Source: Azolla caroliniana
Taxonomy: Eukaryota; Plantae; Polypodiophyta
Assembly: GCA_043228905.1 (NCBI GenBank)
Contig: JBHGNT010000013.1
Span: forward strand, 17,298,001-17,362,000
Length of the DNA stretch: 64,000 nucleotides
Direction of reading: 5' to 3'
The translations under genes were made by a program, and so were the position numbers. Under the pieces are notes generated by a model. That model was given only the letters and a program-made list of their open reading frames with translations. It had not been told where the DNA came from and made no database searches. Positions 47,101 to 60,769 of the stretch are shown piece after piece; the first letter of the stretch is position 1, and every line of letters starts with the position of its first letter.

Positions 47101-47751
47101 ACGATGCTTGAACATCCTGAACTCCCAAAAAACCCAGCTGCTGAAGATCGGCTCACTCGACTCCAAGAAGTTCAGGATATGCTTTTGCATCATTTATGTG
47201 AAGCCCAAAACACTCAAAAGAAGATTGCTGACCGTCATCGGCGTGATTCATCGACTACATTTCAAGTAGGCGATCGTGTATGGCTCTTACAAGGTAGCAT
47301 TAAAACGACCCGACCTTGCTACAAATTGGATTATCAACGTTTTGGCCCATATGTCATAAGTGGTAAGATCAATGATGTGACATTTCGTCTTGATCTTCCT
47401 CCTCATATGCGTCTTCACCCGGTCTTCCATGTTTCACTTTTGGAGCCCTACACAACGAGCTCTATTCCGGGTCGTGTTACACCTCCCCCACCTCCAATTG
47501 ACGTTTCCAATGGCTCTGAATATGAGGTTGCCGCTATCCTCGACTCCAAGATCATTCGCAACAAACTATACTACTTGGTTGATTGGTTAGGCTATACACC
47601 TAATGATCGAACATGGGAGCCTGCCGAACATCTTGCCAATGCCTCCGACATGGTTGTTGCATTTCACAACCAATATCCTCATAAACCAAGTCTGAACTCT
47701 TTTCTTCCGACTCGTGCAACTCGTCATCGAAAAGGGGGGATAATGTCATGA
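44119..47751 (+). pseudogene. Element B Pol (protease, RT, RNase H, integrase, chromodomain) with two nonsense mutations
   Basis: LLDSGANS, YLDDIL, EADASDFA, ISLDFI, SDRGPQF, GPY and EYEVAAILDS..YLVDWLGY..TWEP. In-frame stops at 46576-46578 and 46927-46929. Confidence 0.93.
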
Positions 47752-48278
47752 AGACATCATGACATTCATCTTGGCGAACCAGGAATCGAACCCATAACCT
47801 CTTGGTTTACATATTGTACTTTAACCATTGTAATAACATATGTGAGATGTAATCATAATAATTATATGTTTAGTTATTACGAGATATTTAGAACATTCTA
47901 GATTATTCTAGAATGTTCTTGAATATTTCATGATTATATTTATTATTATTATTATTCATAAATATCTAAAATATTCTAGAACATTCTAGAATACTCCATA
48001 AGGGCCTATAAATAAGAGTCCATACACTCATCACAACTCATTCGGTTCAACACCAGTCTTTAGCCCTTAGCCTACTCCTTGTAATCTTCTTTCTCATAAT
48101 ATAATCTCATTCCCATTTCTTATCTCTCACTTATACTTTTCTCTCTCTCGCACTCTCTCCCTTTTTCACTCTCTTTTGCTATCACTATCGCTATCTCTAC
48201 CGCTCTCGCCATCTCTATCGTTATCGTTATCTCTATCGCCATCGCTCTCTCTCTGCTTCCTACTCAAGAGTCACGACA
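47744..48278 (+). repeat. 3' LTR of element B
   Basis: Direct repeat of 42384-42918. Confidence 0.97.
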
Positions 48279-49205
48279 ATGGGGAGTAGTGGTGTGGGGA
48301 GTATTACACTCCAGCCTGATGTTGTATGAGGCAAATGATATGCAAGAGGCCATGATGGCATATAATAGAAGATTGATATCAGTTAGTTCGTTTCAGCAAC
48401 CTCGAAAGCAAATGCGATCTATCGAGATCTGGAAAACTGTGACTACGATAACATTATGGGTATTATGGAAATGTAGATGCAATTGACTTTACTATGCCGC
48501 AAAGCTTGGCATTCCAGAGGTATTGCTTGAGATATGGGAAACATTGTTGACAGTAGTTCGTGGGTAGTATGATAACATGACTGGTTCTCCAGAAAATATT
48601 CATAAAAGAAGGATGAAGCTTCTTCACTTATGGAGGAAGGTGCCTCTCTTTGTAATGACAAACCAAAGACCTCAATTGAATTATCATCTTCCATGGACCT
48701 TTTCTTGATATAAAACCAACATGTTAATGTATCGTTTAAGGCTCAACAACCCTATATAAGTTGTTTTTGTATGTACAAGTTTAGGTGTACATACATTACG
48801 TTGTAAACCTACGGGCAGATAACTTTCACTTGTACTTTCTTGATGTTTTAATACCATTGAAGAAAATCTTTCAGGGAAAAAAAATAAAATGCACTCAACA
48901 AACCCGGGAGTGAAGATAAAGAGGCACGGGCAAGCTATGAGGCATACACAACAAGGAAGCAGGAGAGTGCGGGCGGATGGGCAAGGTTGGCCAAAGAGTG
49001 CCATCCGGACGGACAAAAGTTGGCCGAACGAGACGAGTGCCATTGCCGGTTGGCCGGCCTGCCGGTCTTTGGACAGGTCTTATGGTGTTGTATTCAGAGA
49101 GGTGTCCATCCATCATATTCTCTGTTTTCCTTTACATATTTCCAAGGAGATTGTGAAGGAGGAAGAACAGAGAAGAGGGTGGAAGGAAGGACCCAGAGCA
49201 GAGTG

Positions 49206-52200
49206 ATGAGGGAAGAGACTTTCTGTTTCAGAGGATGCTGTTCCAGCGATCAAATCCCCATGGCCATCCTCCCCAAATCCTCCCTCACTATCCTCTCCGA
49301 AATCGCTAGAGGTATATGTAATCTCATCGTCTTCTCATCAATTCTCGTTTTACCTTGGTTCCCCTGTTCCCTAACCTCCAAGCTCAAAGCACGGAGAATT
49401 AGGGTTTTAATCCCATCTCTCAAGATGGTAAGTTGATTAAAAGTACCGCCTTTTCTCCAACGCTATCAAATGTATAGTGCGGTTCAATGAATCTATGCAT
49501 CTCGAGAAAGAGAAAGAGAATTGAGGTGAAGTGAATTAGGGTTTTAATCACATCTCTCAAGAAGGTAAGTTGATTAAAAGTACTGCCTTTTCTCCAGCGC
49601 TATCAAATGTATAGTGCCGTTCAGTGGATCTATGCATCTCAAGAAAGAGAAAGAAATTGAGGTGAAGTGAAATGAGGTGACAAATCTGCATAGGTCATGT
49701 GTATACACATGTCCCACTACTGTGTGAAGAACATGTGATTCATTTCTCTATATACTTGGCTTGACTAATGAAAACATCTAACGACAATGATATCTTTCTC
49801 TGATCTAATAATAGACTGGGCAACGACATATATAATTCTCCTTGGATTCAACTTCTTGAGTGCAAAGATGGCAGAAGTAGTACTCTAAAGCTATTTGTGT
49901 TATGTGTATATCCTTTTCTATCCTTAGTTGGGTATATGGTTTTGGTGTGCACCTTATCGATGTATGAAGGGCATGTGATATTGTGTCTCCATATACTTGG
50001 CTAGAATGTTATAAGAAGCTGGAAATTTAACTGGGGAAAAATGACATGAAATGCTATATCAATGGCTTCAAAAGTCCGAAATATTGTATGAGACCCAAAG
50101 TTACATCCAGGTGAATCTTATAGAATGTTTGGTAATATAAAGAAAAATTCAAATTTCGATAAACGAGGTAGCTGACATATGTAACTAGGTTGCGAATCAG
50201 TACACACTATATTGGAGTGCATGTTACAACTAAGGGGGAGCATAGAATGTACATATAAATATATATTTGGGAGAGGTAGAACATGAGCCGATTAGCTTAT
50301 GAACGCAAACCAGGCTGTCAATTGGGCATTACTAGTATGAAGTATCACCATCACTCACCAAAGGAATAAAGGATTCGGATGCCAACCTGATATATCTATG
50401 CTGAGGAAGCTCCCATGTACCATGATAAAGCATACTGACATGAAGAGCATTGGCAACCATTAATAGTGCAATCATCTCAGCCCGGATTATTCTGGAGACC
50501 ACGTGAAGAGGTCTCTCCATCAGTCTCCACACATTAGAGATGCCTCCAGATTTGCAGCAATGTTTAAACTAGGCTCGGTAAGTAATTGCAAGGGTAGTAA
50601 GAGTTTTAAATAGGCACAAGTTAGTACTAGACTATTGGGATTGTGTTTGTAAGCACATATGCTTCTCTCGTCCTCCTAGTGCACCATTCCTTTTGTAAGT
50701 AAATCTTATGCTTCTCTCTTGAAGAAGATAGGTCCTTGAACACTACGTCAAGGCAGAGAGACAATGGAATGAATAAGTTTTATTAACTTCGATTAAGATA
50801 CAATTCTAAAATACCATCACAACAGAATAAAAAAGGGCATCTAATTCACTCTCAGAACATATGATTGCATAGTCTTTTTAACTCTTATCTCATCCACATT
50901 TTTGTATGCATTATATATGTCCATATACATACATAGATACATACATATGAGCCCAAAATTGGCGTATGAGACAATTTATAATTATAAAAATGGGTGAATT
51001 CATGTCATCCATACTAAAACAAAAGTAAAAGCTCTAGGCTTCCTAATGCTCTATGATTGTGATCTTAATCTATGTGGTGGAAGGATTTTTGAGATGGTTC
51101 GTAAGTGAAAGAGAGAAGCAGAGAGTGCGATGTCTTTTAAGAGGCCAAAATGGCATATAAGACATGCATCTCACTCAGATGGCTTCACTCAAAGTAAGGC
51201 AGATCCTTGTCTTTATATCAAAGAACTGCTATGGTTGACTTGTACATCGTCTTCAGTTTTCTCCATACATGATGGCCATTAGTCAGCCTTTTATTTTTCC
51301 TAAAACTTCATCTGATGGTTAGGAAGTGTTTGCTATATTCTGTTACTTCGCTCACATCTTGAAGTTGTTTCAGACGAACTTCTTCTGCCATAACTTTTCC
51401 AGACATAGCGTCACCTGTGTCAACCATAGTTGTTTGTTCATCCATAGATCATGCATTGAAGTCTCCTAATAGTAACACATCCCCCACAGTAGCAAATCTT
51501 GTGATATTATAAGATAACGGAAGATATGGTGATTCTTCAAGAGATGCAAACCTTCACCTGAAAAGTAGAAAATTGTAACATATGGTTCTTCAAAATCCCG
51601 TCTTTTGATTTGTATCCTCATGGAGCTCCGTTTTGTGCAATACAGCCACTCCTTTGAAGCCTCTAGTTCTTCTTAGTATGTGTGGTTAGGACGATATACT
51701 AATTCCCATCTATATCCTTCTACATTGGGGATTTTAAAATGTGTTGGTGGGTGTTTGGATGCTTATCGATATCTATGTTCTTGAATGTATCTTCAAAATA
51801 CATGGCATCTATCCTTACAGAGCCATTGCAATTCGATATAGTTAGGAGCCCAATTCTGTAGCCCTTGATTGACTTGTAGCTTTAGGAGTGATGGGGTGAA
51901 AGAACATTGTGAGGGAGGGAAGGGGGGCGATGGAAAGGAAGAGAGAAGGGAGAGGGGTTTTGCCAAATCAGAGTGCATTTGTGGTTAGACTTTGCTCCAT
52001 TTTTCATCCATTGTTAGCTGACAATGTCTGAAGTGGATAAGTTCTGATGGTGACCAAGCTTCTAGGGTATCTTAAGCTGCTAATGGTGAAGAATGTTGAA
52101 GTAGTATCTGATGGTGCATGGTATGAAGAATAACTCTTTGGGATAAGTTCTGGCTGACCAAGCTTCCATTTGTTTCTCATTACTTTTTCAAATAATGGAA

Positions 52201-55200
52201 TTATTATTAGGTTTGGAGTTTGGCTCTAGTGACATTAAAAAGTAGGAAATCAGAATAAAGATTTAGTAAAGGAGGGCAAGGCTACCTTCTTTTATGATTG
52301 CAAAGGAACACAGGATGTAATTTTAAATTCATTAATTTGGCAGTTGCTTAGAAGTGCATCTTTGGAAATCATTATTCATCATTTAAAGTTCCACTTTCAT
52401 GATGAAAAGGAAAACATTATAAAGAAGGAGAGGACTTGGAGAAAAAAACCAATGCTGTATTTTGTTATTGCTTATTAAGATTTTTTACAATCTTTTGTTG
52501 AAAATATGCCTCCTTTCCCAGGGGCTGAGAGTGTTGTCTACGAATCAAGGCTCCATGGACAGTCTGTGGCAGCAAAAAAACCCCGACTTACGACATCAGA
52601 AGATATAGATCGATATCATAGGGAGTTGCAGTTATTGATGTAAATGTTGCCCACCATGATTTTAGGACATGTTGTCATCAACATTTTCTCACTTCATCTA
52701 ACATATTATTAATATATCTTTATGCTGTTTTGGATTTTAGCAAAGTAGAGCACCCAAACATAATCAAATTGGTTGCTGCACATGCCCAACCACCAAATTA
52801 TTCGTTTATTTTCCCATTATATGAACAAGGGAATCTATCTCATGCACTTCATGTCAGGGAGTGGATACCAACTTGGAAGGAAGTGGCTAAAATCTCCCTA
52901 CAATTAGGTACACTCATTGATCGAAACTTATCATACAGTTTATGTATGATTTGTGTAAGCGCACTTCAGCATTGCATAATGGACACGTGAAAAGACTCGT
53001 AACATACCATCTCTATTCATCTTTCCAGCTAGTTCTATACATCATCTTCATAAGATGGGTATCATTCATAGAGATATCAAGCCTGCCAATATTCTTGTAA
53101 GTATCCTACTTAATCATTCCCATTAATTGATTTTCCTTGGGTGAGATATTTAATTTAGGCAGTTCTATTTGTTTAATTTAGTTGGACTCTGACTGGAATG
53201 CACATTTGGGAGACTTTGGGCTGGCAATGCCTATCAAGGATATTGAAGGAATCAGTGTGCAAAATTGGAAATCAAGTGGAAAACCAACAGGAGGATTTCA
53301 TAAAAAGAACATGGTGGGAACTCTCTTGTATATGGCGCCAGAAGTGTTGAGGAAAGAAGTACATACCGAAAAAGCTGATATATATGGATTTGCAATCACC
53401 ATCAAGTGAGGTTCTTTGAGAGAGGGAGAGGGAGAGGTACTAACATAATTTAATGAATATACCTGTTCATATATTGTAGTAAGTAAAAAGTAAAACAAAC
53501 TGCAATACTGTGAGCACGCACCATCTACTTGGATATAGCTTTATCTTTATCTTAGAAGTTTCTACAGACCTTCCATCATCTTAGAGATACCTCGATTCTC
53601 TTGGAAAAAACTTAAAAGTTTGATACACCTGTATCACGATGTATGTATATGAGGTAAATAAAATCTTAGCATAAATCAATGCATCATGGCACAAAAATAA
53701 AATTGGAGGGAGAACAAAATAAGTACAACTTCAAAATTCAAGATATAAGGGGAGCTAGTTTATTTGATGGGATGTCTTTACAACATCGAAATGAAAAGAC
53801 TACCTGTAATATCACACTCTTTGTGTCTCTAATCACGGCCCTTGAGCTATTCACACTCTTTGTGTTCGTGCAGTGAGTTAGCAACTGGGGTGGTTCCTTA
53901 TACTGATCGAAGAACTGAAGCTCAGGTAAATCATTTCAGTCACTTAATTTCATAATGTTTCTTAATTTCTGCAGGTTATTAATGCTCATTGAATGCAGGC
54001 ACATACTGTTCTGGAGATGAACTATACAGAACAACAGTTAACTGCATCTATCACTTCAGGATTACGCCCTGTACTTGCTGGGCCAGAATGTGGTATTCCA
54101 TCAAGATTATCAGCGTTGATTGAGAGATGCTGGAATAATAACCCATATTTGAGGCCATATTTTACAGAAGTGATGTCAGAACTGCAAGAGATCTTCTCTA
54201 CCTTGACTATAGATGACAAAAGAAATGTCAAAACAGATTCAGATGCAGTGTCTGAAAGCCTTAATTTAACAACCTTCAGTTATAATACGGTCTTGCCTGA
54301 AAATGCCATTTATGAAAAGAAGGAAATTCCATCTACATTAGGCCAAAACTGGTTAAAATCTTCTAATGACGGCACAAAATATGCTCCAACCCTCTCTTGG
54401 GGTTCTTTCGCTACACGTGGTGGTAGAGATACAATGGAAGACAGTTGCTTTCTCCTTCCACAGCTTGGAGGCTCAACACAAGTTCATCTGTTTGGCATAT
54501 TAGATGGGCATCGAGGTCAGAATCTTGATGAATATATGTGATTCCGAACCCCATTAATTCTTCTTAATTACTTGATTCTTCAAGTAGATGTATGCGTATT
54601 CAATCATTGGAAAAAATGGGCAAATTGTTTTGCAGCTAACATTCATGCCCAAAGTGCATAGAAATATCCATCATGTTTGGATTAGAAAATATTGATTTGA
54701 CTGAGGTCAAGATTCCAAGTGAAGGGAAGGTAGTTTATTTCATTGCTAACTTCAAATGTAGCTTTGTCATATTCCTGCTCAATCAGGACACATATTTCTC
54801 TATGAAACATTCAGAGCTCTTTGCTCATCACACGTATTTGGAGCTCTCCATGCTCATCATATGCAATTGGAGTTCTTCGTCCTCATGACATGTACATATT
54901 TGGAGCTCTTTGCACCCATCATCTGCACTTATAAACCATCATGGAGCTGCTTTTGAAACTGCTGGTTTAAATTTACTTATTTCTATCATAGAGTTCAGAC
55001 CATATTTGTTCATCTACTAAGCCACGCATGTGCACACTAGAATTCCGACATCTCTGAATATTTAGATAATGTTGATGGGTATATATTCTTCATGCTGATT
55101 GGGCAGGGGGAGAGGCAGCCGAGTATGCAACTCATGCTATTCCGCACCATCTGATGGCTAGGTCATTCTTAGACTGCAGGTAATGCTGCTTTTCTATCTT

Positions 55201-57225
55201 TGAAACAGATTAAGTGATTGTTGCTATGTAATACTTATTTTTCATGGCAACACTTCGTGTTTTTATGTGAACATTTCTTAATAGAAAGATGGGAAAATTC
55301 CCCTAACGCTCTAATTTGCCACAAATTCCCAAATGCCCTAAGAAGATTTCATGGAAACAGTTTCCTGTTTTACACAGCCCATCGGAGGCACTTTCCGCAG
55401 CCTTCATCGAAACAGATAAGGCATTTCGGAAAGAGCTAGATTTCCAAAGACCCAAGAGAAAGGGTCAGGGAAAGAATTGGCATCCTGGATGTACAGCCAT
55501 TTCAGCTTTGTTTGTCAACGATACGCTCATTGTAGCCAATGCAGGTGACTGCCGAACAATCTTATGTAGGAATGGGCAAGCCATTGCTCTTAGCAAGGTA
55601 TTTTAAGTCAATAAAAGAGAGAGTATGTTAGCACGGTATATGCACTTATTTATTCACATATTGTTGATTGCTAAGTCAATCATGTTTTAAATACTGAAGG
55701 ATCATATAGCGAGTTCACTGGAGGAGAGAGAACGTGTGATTAAACTAGGAGGGCAAGTTAAGTGGCAGGTAGATACTTGGCGTGTTGGTGCAGCTGCTCT
55801 TCAGGTAATTCCCTGCTGTTTTGTTTTGTTTGTCAAAGTTTGAAGGTGCACTCATGCTGTAGATTTGAAGTGTAAGGTAAGATTTTCACTTGAACTTTAC
55901 ATTCAATCATAATTTTTCAAATTTGAATACTCTTTAACTTTTTCTAATTAATATATTATCAATGCATTTGCACCTTTGGGTATTTATTTCAGTTTCAGTT
56001 TGCAACCTTTGTTGTTCCCCTGATTGACATAGCCATTCGTATCCCAAAACAATACTAAGGTGCTAGGAACCTTCATATATCCAAATTGAAGCAACCAAAC
56101 AACGTGAAACATTTCATTAGATGTAGCAGAAAAAAACATTCGTCAGATGTTTTGTTAGACTTCCTAATATAAATAAATGGCTGTGCAAATTTATTGGATA
56201 TGAAACTGAAAGTGTATAAATTAGGGATAATTTTTCAAATTTTTGCAATATTTAGCTTCTTTTGGCAAATGTTACTGATATTTTATTAATTTGTTTATGG
56301 TGAGCGAATCTTTCAACAATCATCATCATAAAAACAGCAAAAGGTGCTCAAGCTCCAAATGCTTAAATAATAGTTGTTGGGTGATAAATAGCCCCTAACT
56401 TTTTCCTTGGTTCAAAGCTCCTACATGTTACAAGTTATACTCTTCCTAGTGGATCAATCTATAAAAGGGATAAAATATGGCACAATTTCTCAATTCATTA
56501 CACATTTATTTTCAGATTGTTGGAAACCCAGCACATTAGTTCCACATGAACTTTGAAAAGTGAACTGCTTCTTTGTGTCTTTTCACCAATCTGTGATGAG
56601 AAGAATGTGTATATAATACTGTGTGTAGACAGGCATCACTTCGTATGTTTTAGCTCTTCAGAATGTTGTAAATTCTTTTAGTTGTATATCGAGTTGTTGT
56701 TTGGTTTTAGGTTATTATTTTCCAGCCAAACAGCAGGGTTTTTAAAAGAAGATTGTGAGTAGAGAACTCCCTCTCTTGCAATATATCCAGTCATGCTTTC
56801 ATCTCTTTTGCTAGGTGACACGCTCAATTGGTGATGATGATTTAAAGCCAGCCGTAACAGCCGAACCTGAGATGACGGAGACCACACTCACAGAAGATGA
56901 TGAATTTCTGGTTAGTCGACATATTAATTAAATGGATTCTTCTTAATTTTTCTACTTGAAAGAATTGCAATGTAGTGTTAAGAGCATGTCCTTGAATGTC
57001 TAATGGAAAGCTTGTAATTGTGTTCCTTAGATCATTGCAAGTGATGGGCTTTGGGACAAAGTAAGCAATGAGGAAGCAATTCATTTTGTAAAAAATACAG
57101 TTAAGGAAGCAAGCATGTCTTCAAAGCGTCTAGCAACCGAAGCAGTGGAACGTGGTAGCAGGGACAATATCACTGTGATCATTGTATTTCTTCATCCGGT
57201 CTCCACATTGGAGCGTGTATACTAA
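49206..57225 (+). CDS. Protein kinase and PP2C-like domain-containing protein (Arabidopsis At2g40860-like), 12 exons, 646 aa
   Basis: GT-AG exons 49206-49311, 52522-52639, 52741-52907, 53029-53096, 53182-53405, 53874-53925, 53999-54515, 55107-55179, 55378-55597, 55700-55804, 56815-56910 and 57031-57225 sum to 1941 nt in one frame. Motifs RGCC, VAAKKP, HRDIKPAN, DFG, APE, then RGGRDTMED, DGHRG, NAGDCR, SDGLWD, GSRDN. Confidence 0.93.
49396..49668 (+). repeat. Tandem duplication, 2 x ~137 bp, in intron 1
   Basis: GAATTAGGGTTTTAATC at 49396 and 49533. Confidence 0.9.
51150..51750 (-). mobile_element. LINE endonuclease relic in intron 1
   Basis: Minus strand VGDVLLLGDFNA near 51453-51488; limits approximate. 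Confidence 0.6.
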
Positions 57226-57774
57226 TCCCTATCAAACACAAGATGACAAGTTGATTGATTTCCATTGCCACATAATAATTGATTCAATTATTTTTAAACA
57301 AACTGGTAAAAGAGTTTTGAGTATATGTTTCCTTGGTTTTTCATTGACTCAAGGTGCATCCAGACTATAGAAAAAGATTTTGCTCTCAAACGGAAAAGAT
57401 TGTAAACCAAGTTGTTGGGTCACAGAAATATAAACAGCAATAATAGATTATCAATTGACATTGTCCAGCTTGTGAGAACCATAATCATTAGGGTGTGGCC
57501 ACAGACCTACAATTAGTATGATTCAGAAAGCAAGCCATTATAAGTGAAGGTGAAGTGGATTTTTTAAACCATGGAAGGATGCCATATTATTAGCAAATGC
57601 GTTCTTGTTAGTTGCATAGTGCACATTCTTTTGTATGAGTGATGTAGTGAGAGGTCAAATTGGTATACAGTCTTTGTATTGCATAGGAGCCTTGCGTATC
57701 AATGTATTCCACATGATTCTCACTGACCATTATTTGGTTTTTGGTAGATACCTATACGAAGGACCTAAGGGGTG

Positions 57775-57908
57775 GTGTTGGGTTGTAAGCACATTCTAAT
57801 GTTATGTATCTAAATTTCCTTTCGATTCTTCAGAACCCAAACCAAAGGAGGCAGTGTTGGGTTGTATGCACTCTAATGTTATGTATCTAAGTTTCCTTTC
57901 AATTCTCT
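57775..57908 (+). repeat. Short imperfect tandem duplication
   Basis: GTGTTGGGTTGTA..CTAATGTTATGTATCTAA.TTTCCTTTC.ATTCT occurs twice. Confidence 0.75.
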
Positions 57909-58246
57909 AGGATCAAAACTTTCATATATTCTTCAAACTACTGATTTGCACATGATTATTATTACAAATTTCTGCTCTCATTTCATTTATGATAGTCTCT
58001 TTGTAGTGCCATTGGATTTAGGATGTGTATTGAGGTGGATACAACTCTTGCTTGTTACAAATAGTCACTCCTCAGGATCTAGCGAAGGGACACAATCTAT
58101 TACAAAAGGATTAGCTAGAGAAATTCTTCTTACTATGCTAAGTAATTTTTATCATGTTGTGGCAAGGATAATTCTTCCATTCCTTTAGATCTTTTCCTTT
58201 AGATCTTAGGGGTGACTTGAAACAAACATCCAACCCAATACTATGA

Positions 58247-58404
58247 AACTGCGGAACATGTCATGTAAGCTGCCACTTAACCCAAAATTGAATAAGCACA
58301 TAGGGTTAATGGTTTCCGTCACTCAGACAAGTATGCAGCTTAAGCAACTGCGGAACCTGCTGCGTAAGCTGCCACTTAACCCGAAATTAAATAAGCACAT
58401 AGGG
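58247..58404 (+). repeat. Short direct repeat (about 58 bp, period 99)
   Basis: AACTGCGGAAC..GTAAGCTGCCACTTAACCC.AAATT.AATAAGCACATAGGG occurs twice. Confidence 0.8.
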
Positions 58405-58735
58405 GCACATGTAGGGATCAACAATTAACATAAAAAAGATGCACAATTTTGTCAATTTCATTCACTGGTAACAATACAAAGTAAGGGTTTGAGCCAACTG
58501 TAGCGTTGTGTGCAATTTTTAGTTGTCAGACATGTTTATGTTGATAGCATAATCCTCAATTGATACTGTTTTAAGTCATCCATCCATATGCAAGACCACA
58601 ATGTGGTATTGAAATCCTTAAATGAAGGAATGTTAATATACATAATCTTTGCCAAATTTCCAGGTAAACCAATTCCGAATAAACCAATGAGGGGAGGTAA
58701 TTTACAAGAGACCCAATTTCCTGATATCGAGGGTT

Positions 58736-60769
58736 TCAGTAGGTCTCAGAGCTGAAACTACTGGATGTGATGGAAACCACAGTGGATGCTTGGTAAGAAT
58801 TGGACACTTCCTTAGGAGGAACACTATAAGGCGAAGATATAGATGGCGGCAACAATATGGGTGGCGCCTCCCCCGAGAGCACATGGAGGACATTTCGCAT
58901 TGATGGACGCATGTCTGGCACCGCATAGCAACATGTGAGCCCCAATTCCAACACAGTAATTACCATGGCTTTATCTTCTTCACTCTCTATTGACAAGCTT
59001 GGGTCCACAGCCTCAATTAAGCGTTGATCTTTATGAAACCTCCAAAGCCACTCCATCAATGCACATTCCTCTTTTGCGATATAATCACTCACCTTCTTTC
59101 CAGTAACAACTTCCAATACTAGTACTCCGAAGCTAAAAACATCAGTTTTATCTGTCGATTTGCGCGTATAGAAGGACTCTGGTGCCATGTAGCCCCATGT
59201 TCCAGCAACGTTGGTTGTACCTGGTGCCACATCATGCCCATATAGACGAGCTAGTCCGAAATCACCAAGACGAGCATTCATATGAGCATCCAACATCACA
59301 TTGCTGGCTTTGATATCACGATGAACGATTTTCTTCTCACATTCTTCATGGAGGTAATTTATGGCAGCAGATACCCCTTTCAGGATATGAAGTCGCATCG
59401 GCCATGTCAGTTTCCCTTGGTTGTTTCTTTGGAATAGGAAATGGTCTAAGCTTCCATTAGGCATAAGCTCATAGACTAGCATAAAACCCTTCTCTTGGCA
59501 CCAACCAAGCAAAGGGGCCAAATTCCGATGCCGGAGTTGTCCAATCGTTGTCACTTCCGACACAAATTCTTTTACTCCTTGCTTCGATCCCTTGGAGATC
59601 CTCTTCACAGCAACATCCACAAGGGTGGAAGGAATCTTGCCTTTGTAAACGGACCCAAATCCACCGGTCCCTAAAAGGTTCTTCGCATGGAAGTTCTGTG
59701 TCGCTTTGCTTAGTTCACGGTAACTGTAACGCTGTGGCAAGTTTTGATCCAATGACAACCCTAGTTGCTCATCTGTGGCGGCTTCAAATGGATGGTTACG
59801 ACACCTTGAATACATAAAAGCAGATGCTATTCCTAATGATAACAAGACCAAGGCACCTATTACTACCCCTACTATGAGGGCGATATGTCTCCAATTCTTT
59901 GTCGAGCCAGAAGGCATTGTGATGGGTGTCGAGTTTCCTTCATTGCTAAAACTCCAAGAATAGACATTATACAAGACGTCCTCCAAAGGCCCAGTGGCTG
60001 CAGTGAACCCGATGTACATGTTTTGGTTGAGCACCGATGACAAGTTAAGTGAAGTGTTAGAAATCAAAGCATATTGGGGTCGTGTTTGGCCTATAGTTCG
60101 ACTAACTGAGACCTCAAGACGATTAGAGACAGAATCAAAATCAATCCATGCTTGGATACTAGATCCTTTTAGTTGGATGGAATATCCATCAGCAGCGGAG
60201 TTTATCGTCGATGAATTGCTAGTACGAAAAGCAGACGAAACAGAGAGCCACGAGAAGATACTATTAACATCAATTCCAACATGGTTTCCATCGATATCAT
60301 TGAACTCTGGGTTCTTATAAGTATCAAACTCCACGCCGAGTGTTTGGGCGGTAGCATTTGTGGCATCAGTGGTGTTGGTATTGGTATCAGAGCTATTGAA
60401 GAGGCCCAGATAGCCTTGTGAGGAGCCATTAACTGGTTCCAGGGAAGGGGCGATCACAAACGCCATTCCATCGGCTTGATCTTCTGATCCTGGGGTTATC
60501 TTTAAGATGAATTGTGTGCTAAAAGAGACTGGCTTCCCAGAGTCGTCGAGGAACCGGATCGGCGAAGTGTAGAAGCATCGGCCCATGCCTTGGATCGCAT
60601 CAGTCGCAGTGAGCTGGAGGGCAGAGCCCACCACGGAGGCGCCTTGTAAGCATCGGATCCCTGCTGAAGTAGCCTCTTGGAATCCGATGTATGTGAAGTT
60701 TGTAGCACCATGGGGGTCTGGAAAACAGAGGAGCAGTGAGAAGAGAAGGAGAAGAAGGAGAGAACGCAT
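58736..60769 (-). CDS. L-type lectin receptor-like Ser/Thr kinase (LecRK), intronless, 677 aa
   Basis: Signal peptide, legume-lectin motifs (SFSTQF, ADGMAF, VEFDT, NHVGIDVN, MYIGFTAATG, YSWSF), transmembrane helix, kinase GTGGFGSVYKG, VAVK, HRDIKASN, DFG, APE. Confidence 0.96.
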   Translation of the reverse strand: MRSLLLLLLFSLLLCFPDPHGATNFTYIGFQEATSAGIRCLQGASVVGSALQLTATDAIQGMGRCFYTSPIRFLDDSGKPVSFSTQFILKITPGSEDQADGMAFVIAPSLEPVNGSSQGYLGLFNSSDTNTNTTDATNATAQTLGVEFDTYKNPEFNDIDGNHVGIDVNSIFSWLSVSSAFRTSNSSTINSAADGYSIQLKGSSIQAWIDFDSVSNRLEVSVSRTIGQTRPQYALISNTSLNLSSVLNQNMYIGFTAATGPLEDVLYNVYSWSFSNEGNSTPITMPSGSTKNWRHIALIVGVVIGALVLLSLGIASAFMYSRCRNHPFEAATDEQLGLSLDQNLPQRYSYRELSKATQNFHAKNLLGTGGFGSVYKGKIPSTLVDVAVKRISKGSKQGVKEFVSEVTTIGQLRHRNLAPLLGWCQEKGFMLVYELMPNGSLDHFLFQRNNQGKLTWPMRLHILKGVSAAINYLHEECEKKIVHRDIKASNVMLDAHMNARLGDFGLARLYGHDVAPGTTNVAGTWGYMAPESFYTRKSTDKTDVFSFGVLVLEVVTGKKVSDYIAKEECALMEWLWRFHKDQRLIEAVDPSLSIESEEDKAMVITVLELGLTCCYAVPDMRPSMRNVLHVLSGEAPPILLPPSISSPYSVPPKEVSNSYQASTVVSITSSSFSSETY

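Larger units (their letters stand above)
42384..48278 (+). mobile_element. Full-length Ty3/Gypsy chromovirus (element B; Tcn1/Tf1-sushi-like by inference)
   Basis: 535-bp LTRs 42384-42918 and 47744-48278 (2 differences seen), TSD ATGGG at 42379-42383 and 48279-48283, PPT AAAAGGGGGGA near 47730-47740, no tRNA-type PBS. Confidence 0.97.
41994..48890 (+). mobile_element. L1-like LINE ORF2 3' end (zf-RVT and tail), split by element B
   Basis: YSVKLGRSLL..WRWIWSFKGPSK..CGLC..ETTKHALWSC before 42383, LWVLWKCRC after 48283, A-rich tail near 48876-48889. Confidence 0.8.

Noticed and set aside
52730-55606. ORF-track entries as separate small genes
   Set aside because: They are exons of the spliced kinase-PP2C gene.
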